In this document: positions 1-9,100 of the stretch, one piece after another
Numbering within the stretch: the first letter of the stretch is position 1
How the letters are laid out: each line of letters starts with the position of its first letter
From: a virus
Length of the DNA stretch: 64,000 nucleotides
Virus record (IMG/VR): IMGVR_UViG_3300044971_004534
Strand: one strand, 5' to 3'
Notes under the pieces: generated by a model
What the model was told of the DNA's origin: nothing
The model's input: the letters and a program-made list of their open reading frames with translations, nothing else
Databases searched by the model: none
Position numbers and translations under genes: made by a program

Positions 1-699
1 GACATTGATGCAGAAAGGCCGTATTACTATGCTCTTATAGGATTTGAGGACAAGCATATGTCGTGTATATGCGGAAACGGTTCATTTTTTGCTTACACAA
101 AATGTGAAGCTATGCAGAACGCCGTCAATCAAGCGTCTTGCATTTTGCCCATCAACGTAGCAAACTCTTTAATGCCAGTACTTGACCTTTGTGAAGATGA
201 AAACATTAAGTTTAGTTTTGACGATCACAGTATAGTAATTCAGTCTTCTTGTATGAAATTTTATATAGCTGTTGATAGAAAAGCTATAAATTGGCCAGAT
301 GCATCTTCTATACTTAATAGAAATACCGGCTCAGAATATACTGTAAAAACTTCTCACTTAAAAGAGATATGTTCAAATATAGACTTGGCTTGTGAGTCTT
401 ATGACAATAAAAACGAAACTCTAAAGTGCAAAGTAACTACTTTTAAAAATAGCATTAATTTGCTCGTTGATGGATCTTGCAAGGTTGAGTCATCTTTAGA
501 TGTTTCTTCCGAAGAAGAAGATAGCAAAACCTTGACTATAGATGCTGTGTGCATTCCAATGTCAATGAAGTCAAAAATGTTAGGAGAAGACATTATCATA
601 AATATTGATTCATCTAATTTTAAAGGTAAAAGCTCTCCGTTACTATTGAGCTCAAGTGTAAATAATTGTGTATATAAAACTTTCTTTGCAGTATCATGA
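1..699 (+). CDS. sliding-clamp-like protein (beta-clamp/DnaN-like), 5' end outside window
   Basis: Frame is open from nt 1 (no stop before the ATG at 58), so the gene probably starts upstream. Linker-like 'AINWPDASSIL' resembles the clamp 'FPDY..VIP' segment, followed by a beta-rich C-terminal domain ending 'VYKTFFAV'. Judged by eye only. Confidence 0.4.
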   Translation, partial: DIDAERPYYYALIGFEDKHMSCICGNGSFFAYTKCEAMQNAVNQASCILPINVANSLMPVLDLCEDENIKFSFDDHSIVIQSSCMKFYIAVDRKAINWPDASSILNRNTGSEYTVKTSHLKEICSNIDLACESYDNKNETLKCKVTTFKNSINLLVDGSCKVESSLDVSSEEEDSKTLTIDAVCIPMSMKSKMLGEDIIINIDSSNFKGKSSPLLLSSSVNNCVYKTFFAVS

Positions 700-1616
700 T
701 AGTATTAGCTGATGTTCCATTTTTTGATGCGTTTACTCATGCTAAATCTCTTAGCAAGGGTGGTCAGTTATCATATTGGTCTTCTGGCGAGAAAATGCCA
801 ATTTCAAATTCTGATATATTTGGTTCAGATGACGTATGTGATGTTTGCTTTGTATGCAGTATAAAAAATCTAGATGATGTTGATTCTTGTATATTGCTAA
901 ATAAGTCATATAAATTTTTATTTTTATGGAACTGTGAATTTGAAAAAGTAAAACAATATTTGACAAAGAAAAACGTAGAATTTAAAAATGTATCTATCCC
1001 TAAATACATAGATTTAAAGAGTAGTATTTCTCAGTCAGCTGAAGTAGATAAAAACATTATGGCTGACTTGATAAAAGATATTGAATTAACTCCTTTGTCA
1101 GAACGCCTACAAAGAGATTCTGTCAGCAGTATATTGCATAAAATTAATGTGACTTACGCACACAAGCAAAGCAATTGCTCTGTTGCGGATTTGACTCTGG
1201 GGGTATCTGCTAGTTCACTAGATATGACAAATGCTTTTTGCAAATCAGAAAATGATTTTATAAATTTTTGTTACTATTACTTTGGCAATAGGAAAGATTT
1301 GCATCCACAGATGTCTCTTTGGATTTACACTGTCTCTAAATTTTTAATGTCTAATGGGGACACTGATCATGCCATTAATAAAAGTAATTTAAATTTTTCT
1401 TCTAAATTGACCGAAATGGTCTATCAAAAATTAAAAGGCACAATTAAACAAGAAGATCATATGTTTTGTTCGCTGTGCTGGCTATATATTTCTAGGATAA
1501 AAACACTTGAATCTTGCATTCTAGCTATTGTGTATATGAGATCTGCAATTGCTGGTAAGGTAAACAAAAAACATTCGATAAATTTAATAAGGAATCTAAA
1601 TGAGCAAAAATCATGA
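696..1616 (+). CDS. hypothetical protein (306 aa)
   Basis: Long ORF whose start overlaps the upstream stop (ATGA at 696-699). No recognisable motif. Confidence 0.6.
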   Translation: MIVLADVPFFDAFTHAKSLSKGGQLSYWSSGEKMPISNSDIFGSDDVCDVCFVCSIKNLDDVDSCILLNKSYKFLFLWNCEFEKVKQYLTKKNVEFKNVSIPKYIDLKSSISQSAEVDKNIMADLIKDIELTPLSERLQRDSVSSILHKINVTYAHKQSNCSVADLTLGVSASSLDMTNAFCKSENDFINFCYYYFGNRKDLHPQMSLWIYTVSKFLMSNGDTDHAINKSNLNFSSKLTEMVYQKLKGTIKQEDHMFCSLCWLYISRIKTLESCILAIVYMRSAIAGKVNKKHSINLIRNLNEQKS

Positions 1617-1953
1617 TAAAAACAACAGTCAGCCACTTGACGACCTTGGCATAAAGAATGATCAAATTATTAATTGTGCTGAAAAAATAGTTGATGAGCT
1701 TTGGAATAGACTTCATAATCCAAATTCAAAAGACATAAATGCTACAGACATACATGCTTATAGTGCAACTCTTTGTAACGTTTGGTCTTTAGTGAGAAAC
1801 ATGATGGAATTCTTAGAAGAAAATTATGATGATGAAATGGCCGGAATGACAGGTGGGGGCTTATCCTCAAAGGACGATGATGACGATGACGACGACGATG
1901 ATGATTTTGACGACGATGATGATTTAGAGTCCGATGTTGACGAAAAGAGATAA
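1600..1953 (+). CDS. hypothetical acidic protein with poly-Asp C-terminal tail
   Basis: 117-aa ORF. C-terminus is 'KDDDDDDDDDDFDDDDDLESDVDEKR' (nt 1873-1923). Helical-looking N-terminal part. Confidence 0.55.
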   Translation: MSKNHDKNNSQPLDDLGIKNDQIINCAEKIVDELWNRLHNPNSKDINATDIHAYSATLCNVWSLVRNMMEFLEENYDDEMAGMTGGGLSSKDDDDDDDDDDDFDDDDDLESDVDEKR

Positions 1954-1955
1954 AT

Positions 1956-2171
1956 ATGCTATACAAAAATATAAAACACGCTTCTTCTTCTGATATAGAA
2001 ATAATTAATGAAATAAAAGATGTTAAGTTTGGTGACAGTCACAGTTACTTTTTAATAGCAAAAAAAGATAATTTGTTTATTGTGCAAAGTAAAGATGGCT
2101 ATAATCTAATTGTTGATAGTGGAATAGTAGATTTGCTAAAAGAAAAAGATTTACTCGGAGGTCTAAAATGA
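1956..2171 (+). CDS. hypothetical small protein (71 aa)
   Basis: ORF packed between neighbours. Its stop overlaps the next start (ATGA at 2168-2171). Confidence 0.45.
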   Translation: MLYKNIKHASSSDIEIINEIKDVKFGDSHSYFLIAKKDNLFIVQSKDGYNLIVDSGIVDLLKEKDLLGGLK

Positions 2172-3130
2172 GATTACTCATTACTGGTGCAGCTGGATTT
2201 ATAGGTTCTGCATTATTTAGAGAGTGTGTAATCAACAAGCACAAGTGGGGGGTGGACAGTGTTGTTGGCGTTGATATAGATAGTTGCGCGTGCGATAAGG
2301 CAAGAATAAATCTTGGTACTGATTGGGAAGTTTCTAATACGCATCATCTAATAAACGTAGATTTTTCTAATAATCAAATACTTGACCAAATTGCAGACAA
2401 GATGTTTGACAAAGTTGTGCATTTGGCCGCTTTACCAAGAGTGGCTTATTCTGTAGCGAATCCTCGAAGAACAGACGAGTACAATATAAATAAATCTGTA
2501 GCCCTACTTGAGTCTTGCTTAAAGTCTAATACGCCTATGGTTTTTGCTTCTTCTTCTTCAGTATACGGAGGGGCAAAGAACTTGCCCACGAAAGAGGACG
2601 AGCCGCTCAAGCAAGTTAGTCCCTACGCATTGCAAAAAGCCACTTTTGAAAAGTATCTTGAAATTTATGAGAGTATTTCAAATTATAATAGCATACGACT
2701 TAGATTTTTTAATGTTTATGGTCCAGGTCAAGACGGATCTTCTGCCTATTCTACTGTTTTAGCTGCATGGATGCATAAGATAAAAAATAAACTCCCCATA
2801 GCTATGGAGGGAGATGGCGAGCAAAGACGAGACTTCTGCTATGTAGGAGATGTTGTTAATGCATGTTTGTTGTCTGCTCAAAAGGTAGATACTGTTTCTG
2901 GAGCTTTTAACGTTGCTTGTGGGAATAATTATTCTTGCAATGAACTTTTGGCTTACTTAAAAAGTAAATTTGCAGATGGTATGATTGTTGTAGAAAATAG
3001 ACCACCACGTCCTGGTGATGTCAGGGAAACATTAGCAGATATATCAAAAGCAAAGTCTATACTCGGCTATGCTCCATCTACTCAATTCTGGGATGGTGTT
3101 GATAAAACTGTTGATTGGTGGTTCTGCTAA
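2168..3130 (+). CDS. NAD-dependent sugar-nucleotide epimerase/dehydratase (extended SDR, WbpP/GalE-like)
   Basis: Rossmann motif 'ITGAAGFIGS', 'SSSSVYG', catalytic YxxxK in 'SPYALQKATFE', 'RFFNVYGPGQ', 'GDGEQRRDFCYVGDV'. GGAGG Shine-Dalgarno upstream of the ATG. Confidence 0.85.
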   Translation: MRLLITGAAGFIGSALFRECVINKHKWGVDSVVGVDIDSCACDKARINLGTDWEVSNTHHLINVDFSNNQILDQIADKMFDKVVHLAALPRVAYSVANPRRTDEYNINKSVALLESCLKSNTPMVFASSSSVYGGAKNLPTKEDEPLKQVSPYALQKATFEKYLEIYESISNYNSIRLRFFNVYGPGQDGSSAYSTVLAAWMHKIKNKLPIAMEGDGEQRRDFCYVGDVVNACLLSAQKVDTVSGAFNVACGNNYSCNELLAYLKSKFADGMIVVENRPPRPGDVRETLADISKAKSILGYAPSTQFWDGVDKTVDWWFC

Positions 3131-3693
3131 TGATATTTGTGGGCATAGATCCAGGCATTAGCGGAGGTATTGCTGCTATTGACATAAAAGGTCAGTGCAT
3201 ATTTGTAAAACCCACTCCGTGCATTTCAATAAAGAAGAATAATAAAAAGAAATCTGACTATGACGTTTTTACTATGTCAAATTATCTTAGACAGTTTGTT
3301 GGAAAAGAATCGCATGTGTGTCAAGAGTTAACGCATGCTATGCCTGGCAATGGTGGAGTGTCTATGTACCATTTTGGCAGAGGTCACGGGATATGGGAGG
3401 GTATAGTTGGAGCATTAAGTCTGCCCCACACTTTTTGCACTCCTCAAAAATGGAAAGAGATGTATCCAGAGTTAGCTCAAGAAAAGTTAACTAAAGAAGA
3501 ACGAGCATTAATGTCTGCTTCTCAAGTTTCTTCATGGAAAAGAAAAAAGAAAGCAGAAGCAAAGAAAAAAAGTATTGAATTAGCAAAGCTTTTATTTCCG
3601 TCTATAGCTCATGAAATTAAGCAGGTAAAGCATGATGGTATGGCCGAAGCTTTGTTAATAGCAAATTGGTTAAGGAGTAAACATGGGAAGTGA
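3130..3693 (+). CDS. RuvC-like Holliday junction resolvase (phage type)
   Basis: 'MIFVGIDPGISGGIAAID' (first catalytic Asp), 'VCQELTHAMPG' (Glu), C-terminal 'HDGMAEALLIANW'. I prefer the ATG at 3130, which overlaps the epimerase stop (TAATG), over the track start at 3115. Confidence 0.75.
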   Translation: MIFVGIDPGISGGIAAIDIKGQCIFVKPTPCISIKKNNKKKSDYDVFTMSNYLRQFVGKESHVCQELTHAMPGNGGVSMYHFGRGHGIWEGIVGALSLPHTFCTPQKWKEMYPELAQEKLTKEERALMSASQVSSWKRKKKAEAKKKSIELAKLLFPSIAHEIKQVKHDGMAEALLIANWLRSKHGK

Positions 3694-4144
3694 ATTTGTA
3701 GAGCCAAAGCCTTTTTCAATAGATGAAAATTCTTTAGAAAATATGCTGGTAAATATAGGCAAGGGAAATACTGGTGCTAGTAAGCCTGTGAATGTTGTAG
3801 ATAAGCAGTCGAAGTCAGATGAAAATAAAGAGCTTAATAATTTATATAATATTATATCTGGCCTACCAGACGAACACAAAAAACATTGTATTAGTTTATT
3901 AGAAAAATATGCCATAAAATTTAACATGAACATTGTTTGTAAAAACACTCAATCTATTACTGAAGAACAGTGCTCAATAGGATCTAAAGAAAAAGAGATA
4001 TTATATAATAATTTTTCAATTCAAGGTCCATGGAGTGGTTTAGAAGTAATAATTACAGGAGATAACGGGTTTCCTATTGTTGCAAAAAGTAAAGGGCAAG
4101 AGTGGGATAATTGTTCAAAACATTTTAAAATTAATAAAATATGA
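3683..4144 (+). CDS. hypothetical protein (153 aa)
   Basis: ORF with AAGGAG 5 nt upstream of the ATG. No motif recognised. Confidence 0.55.
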   Translation: MGSEFVEPKPFSIDENSLENMLVNIGKGNTGASKPVNVVDKQSKSDENKELNNLYNIISGLPDEHKKHCISLLEKYAIKFNMNIVCKNTQSITEEQCSIGSKEKEILYNNFSIQGPWSGLEVIITGDNGFPIVAKSKGQEWDNCSKHFKINKI

Positions 4145-4422
4145 TATATTATTTAGACGACTTTATGACAAAATTAGTTAAAGCACACAATTATGTGTCT
4201 ACAGATCAAAAAAAATCTGTTGATTTAATTAAAAATGTTATTAAAGAATTTAAACCACAAGACGAAAATGTGCTGTATTTATTAAATTCTGCATGCGAAG
4301 TAGGTTTTGATAGTCCAAAAAAGTTTCAATCCTACATTAAGGAATGCATGGAAGTTGTTGAGAAGAATCACCAATTTATGATAAAATCTTACAAATCAAA
4401 TTCTAAATCCAATGGAAGATAA
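4141..4422 (+). CDS. hypothetical protein (93 aa)
   Basis: ATGA overlap with the upstream ORF. No motif recognised. Confidence 0.5.
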   Translation: MIYYLDDFMTKLVKAHNYVSTDQKKSVDLIKNVIKEFKPQDENVLYLLNSACEVGFDSPKKFQSYIKECMEVVEKNHQFMIKSYKSNSKSNGR

Positions 4423-5041
4423 AGCTCTTAAAACAATCAATATACTTGCAAAAAATAAGGCAGAGTCAGTAATTATTAAAAGTAATTGCAAGTTATGCAA
4501 TAGTGCATTCAGGCAAGAAGCAGAAGAGACATATTGTCATGAAAAAAGCTTCACATCTGTATTTAGATTTTTAAAATCTAATAATGAGGAAATCTCTATT
4601 CCTGCAATACGATCTCATATGATGAATCATTTTGTGGATGTTAACAGGCAAGAGAAGATGAAAGAATATGTAGAAGATCTTGAAAAGTGGAAATCTATAT
4701 CTGCCAGTAAAACAGAAAGACTGCATACATATTTATCTATTGTAGAAAAAAGAATATTTCAACTTGCAAGCGCAATAGATGAAAAAACAGACCAAGAAAG
4801 TATTAAGCAAACAGAAGTATTAAATAAGCTGATTGATCAGGCAAGTAGCTTACAGTCGGCATTATCAGAAGAAACGGAAAGAATAGAGCCAGCCAGAATT
4901 GTAATAAAGAAGTTGCAAGAAATAATTGAAATAAGAGTAAGAAGCAGTAAAAGTCCAGAACTTAAAAATGTTCTTATTGATTTGGTTTCTGATTTACAGG
5001 GAAATATAGGAGGATTACTAGAAAATGGAAAACATGAATAA
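4412..5041 (+). CDS. hypothetical protein, CxxC near N-terminus plus coiled-coil-like C-terminal half
   Basis: 209-aa ORF with 'CKLCNS' and a long heptad-like charged region. No family recognised. Confidence 0.55.
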   Translation: MEDKALKTINILAKNKAESVIIKSNCKLCNSAFRQEAEETYCHEKSFTSVFRFLKSNNEEISIPAIRSHMMNHFVDVNRQEKMKEYVEDLEKWKSISASKTERLHTYLSIVEKRIFQLASAIDEKTDQESIKQTEVLNKLIDQASSLQSALSEETERIEPARIVIKKLQEIIEIRVRSSKSPELKNVLIDLVSDLQGNIGGLLENGKHE

Positions 5042-5222
5042 TCAAAAAATCAATTTACTTAAAAAGATAGCAGAGCTTAGACAGTCTATAGGTGGCAATA
5101 AGCCTGTTTCTGGTCCCACAAACGCCCCAAAACCCTCTACTCCAGCTGATCAAAAAACAAATAATAACACGAATAATGGATCAAGGGGTTGCGGTGCATG
5201 TTCTCGTAAAAAGAATTCATGA
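5025..5222 (+). CDS. hypothetical small protein ending in a GCGAC-basic motif
   Basis: 65-aa ORF with AGGAGGA upstream. C-terminus 'GSRGCGACSRKKNS' is shared with the ORF ending at 46163. Confidence 0.45.
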   Translation: MENMNNQKINLLKKIAELRQSIGGNKPVSGPTNAPKPSTPADQKTNNNTNNGSRGCGACSRKKNS

Positions 5223-6115
5223 TAGAAGATATAATAAGCGCTTTTAATTCAAAGCGAGATATTTTTGTATCCCCAGAAGATGCTGCTTCTATAATGGAGG
5301 CAGTTAGCCTTTTTATTGATAATGAGCATATAAAGGACAATAGGGTGGCTCGTTTGCCAGAACGCCTTTCTCAGGGCGATTTAGTGGGAGAGTACGTGTA
5401 TGTCCCATTAACTATTTTGGACGTATCAGTATCTTTGGCCATAGATCAGAAATTGTCAGGTCAAACAGTAATGGGGTCAACTCTTTCTAAAATATCTTCT
5501 TTGTCCAATACGGATATGCTATTGTGCAAAATTAATAGAAAAGATTTAGTGCATAAGGACTTTGGTACTGTATGTCTTCTTAATAAGGGTATCCCTAATT
5601 TTAGGGCCCGCTGTGAAAGCATAGTGGTAATGAACGATCATCCACTAGAAGAAATTACTAGATTTACAAAAAGCAAAGAATTTAATGTAGAAATTCTTAT
5701 AATGCGTGATGAAGAAAAATGGAGATATCATAAGTTTACTTTTGCTGGTCAAAATGGTAATATTAATGTAGAAGAAAAAAATGTTATGTCTGCACTTAAA
5801 AAGTATGCGCACCAAGTCCAAGAAGATTTTGAGTCACTTTCTCATGACCCACTAAAGGTGGCGCAAGCTTTAATTTCTGTAGACGTAAACAAAGAGGGGT
5901 TAAGCGAATTACTTAGATATATTGCGGGTGGAAACAAAATAGTTCATGTGGGCTCTAAGGTTGTAGCAAAGCCTACTAATTTGATGAAAAGCAAGTCTGT
6001 AGGTACAGTTGTAGGTAAATCAGCTAATGTTATTAACGTTAAATGGGATGCTGGTTTTATGAAATACAACTTAGATGATCCAAAAACATATTTTTTAATA
6101 GAGTTTGTTGACTAA
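5219..6115 (+). CDS. hypothetical protein (298 aa), immediately upstream of the giant ORFs
   Basis: ATGA overlap upstream and TAATG overlap downstream. No family recognised. Confidence 0.6.
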   Translation: MIEDIISAFNSKRDIFVSPEDAASIMEAVSLFIDNEHIKDNRVARLPERLSQGDLVGEYVYVPLTILDVSVSLAIDQKLSGQTVMGSTLSKISSLSNTDMLLCKINRKDLVHKDFGTVCLLNKGIPNFRARCESIVVMNDHPLEEITRFTKSKEFNVEILIMRDEEKWRYHKFTFAGQNGNINVEEKNVMSALKKYAHQVQEDFESLSHDPLKVAQALISVDVNKEGLSELLRYIAGGNKIVHVGSKVVAKPTNLMKSKSVGTVVGKSANVINVKWDAGFMKYNLDDPKTYFLIEFVD

Positions 6116-9100
6116 TGAATAAGTCTTATAATGCATATGATACTGTAGCGATAGGTATAAGCCAGAACAAGGCTAAGGTGTACTATCAAAAGCTATTAAA
6201 AAATGGAGACAATCTAGAAATAGGTACTGCATTTTCAAGTTGTGAAAAAGTTGTTTTAGATATAAAGTCTTTAGTTAATGCTCAATATGCGCCTGATGGC
6301 AAAGCTACCAAAGAAAGTGTGCATTATTTACTTAATGAAGAAAATCCATTTGACATTATTATTCCATACAGTAACGCACCAAAAAATGCAAGACAAATTA
6401 AAGGCTACATATCTTACAGTAGAAGCAAAAATATAATAGAAATTAACACTAGGTCTATATTTAATAATGGATTTTTTAAATTTAATTTAAAACTTAATTT
6501 TACATCAGATGGAATTACTCGTGGTAAAGTGGTGAAGCAAAAGCCAGTTATGGAGATTACTCCAACAAAAGTGGCAGAAAATCTATTTGACGGATTAAAT
6601 TTAAGGGTTGATAAAAAAGGTGCAAAAGATGATGCTTTAGTTATTGATGAATTCAAAAGGTTCTCTCAAAACAGATTGATAAATTTTTCTGCTCAAGATG
6701 AATACTTTGGATGCGACAGGTACAATGTTCAATACTCTGGATCTGGCGAATTCGTTTTTGATGATGAGGTAAACTTAAAAAATGTGATTATCAAAAACAA
6801 GGCTACTGTTTCTGTTCCATCTGGCTTTCCATTAATATCGGTTATTGACAGAGCCGAAAGTCCTGTTTTAGAAAATGGATTGTTTTACAGAAGGAACAGT
6901 CCTCAATTAGACAGTTCCGTTGTGCACAAACAGTATTTTGACTCTAATGGGGTAGCTTTTTACGATCAGGTAATTACTAGAGGTCTTAAGTCAGCAAGTG
7001 GTGGAGGCGGAAGAAATCATCCTCTTATACACGTCAGAAACATATTTAATTCTGTTGGTAATTATGAAGATGTTCCAATTTTGCATTTTAGAAGAGAATA
7101 TGCAGAAAAAGAAGACAATAAAAATGGCAAAGCGCCATATCACTTTTATTTTTGTCCAAAATATGTTCTTCCCAGTGAGTCTCTTGCTAGTCCTATTGAG
7201 ATGAGAGTAAAGCAATCCGCATTAAATCGTATTGAATTTTCTTTTTCAATTGGTGAAAGATCATTAAATAAAATAGTTTTAAACAGTAAAACTACTGTTT
7301 ATTCTGATGCTGGAAATAAATTCTATTATGGTTCATTAGAGATTGATGTAACTAATGCTACGCAAAATATAAGACTTCCTTATGGTCGATCTAAAGTATT
7401 TTATTCAGATACAATATCAAGTACTCCATTAACTGATCCAGAATATGGATTAACAATCATGGATGTTCTGCATGCTTTGCAAAATAATGTATCCGGCAAG
7501 GTAAATGTGCTAACGGTAGAAGGGACTGGAGGCGGAACTCATGCAGGATTTGTGCCTACTTTTTCTGAGATTGGTATTTTTTCTCCATCTCCAAATGATC
7601 CGGTAGTAGAGTTTATTGAAGGCCATGACTTTATGGGCTGTGCCATGATGCCTGCAGCGCGCATGTGGAATGGCAATGCTGATAATTCGTACCTTACTGC
7701 ATCTGCAGAAGAGTCTGTCGGCGTAACAATTGAAAAAGGAGCTAGATCTGGACGTATATACACAAGAGGACTGGCTCATCATGTTGATTTAGATAATTAT
7801 GTGGCAATTGCCCCATTGTGTAGAGCATTTACTACTCCATTTGTTCGCGGTGAAATTAAATCGTTTCAAAATCATCTTGAAGATGACGATTTTAAACCAA
7901 TTGAATCTGGAGGAAAAGGCTATAACCGATTCTACAAATACAACACTATAAAAAAGAGTATAGAGGTAATGGCTTTTGGTGAAAACTATTTTACCTCCAT
8001 ACTAAATTTGCCACCTAATGAGTCTGAAGCTATGCTGGTAGGTGGACCTGCAAGTAGATCTTTGGGCTTTGGCAAGCTGAGAAAGCTTGTTGGTGCTTCT
8101 CAAATTGGAGTTGCTTTTGATTTTTTAGGAAAAACATATAAAGATCAAAACGGATTTTTTGAAACTACTCCTGCATACATAATGTCTCACATAGGTTTTG
8201 GTGAGCCAAGTGCAATACAATCTGAAAATTTGGTTAAAAAACTTTCAGATTTTTCTGGTGGTTCCAATTTTATATCTTTGCAGTATAAAAATGCCAAAAT
8301 GTTTCCAGGCATAAGCTCTCACAGAGCTTCTGAATATGTGCCAAATCCCAAAAGATACGGAATTAATGCTTACGGAGAAGATATTAAAAATTTATACAAT
8401 GGCGGTATATTTTCTTCGCTTTACACTACTTCAGGTCTTGGTTCTCATATAGAAGTTGAAAACACTGCAGCAAATAAGGACTCTGCATACTACTCACTTT
8501 CTTTAGACCCATTTATATTTGATAATAATGCACTTTTGTGCTATGAGGGTGGTTCTGAATCTGAATCTCCTAAAAGAAGAATAGAGTTATCTCCATGCAT
8601 GAAGTGGATAGATAATGCTCCAGAAAAATCAAAAATTATTTGTGCTTTCTTAAGAAAAGAAATGATTGATTGGGGTAAGGATCGTGGCTGGTCTGCTGGC
8701 AAAACATTAAGCTTTAGTTTTTATTCTTATAGAAGAGATAAAAATACCAACGGAATATTGTCTATCACTGGAAGCGGAAACAAAGATGTGATTTCGTATT
8801 TAAACTATGATGTAGCTACAAAAAATATTTCTTATTCTGACAATTTAGGATCTAGTACTTTTATTGGCAATACGTTGCAGTCTTTTGTTGATGCTCATGC
8901 TTCTACTTTTAATGGTCTTTTAAGCATAGAGGCAAAGCCTGTAATAAGGGCAACTGATGTAATGCCTTATGAAGATTTTGTTTTCAATACTTCTATAACA
9001 AATATTCAAGGCAAAAGACCAGTTGTAGAAATTACATCAGAAGAGCCATACGCCTATCCATACAGTTCATATCCATATGGGGTTCAGTCAGAAAACCCTT

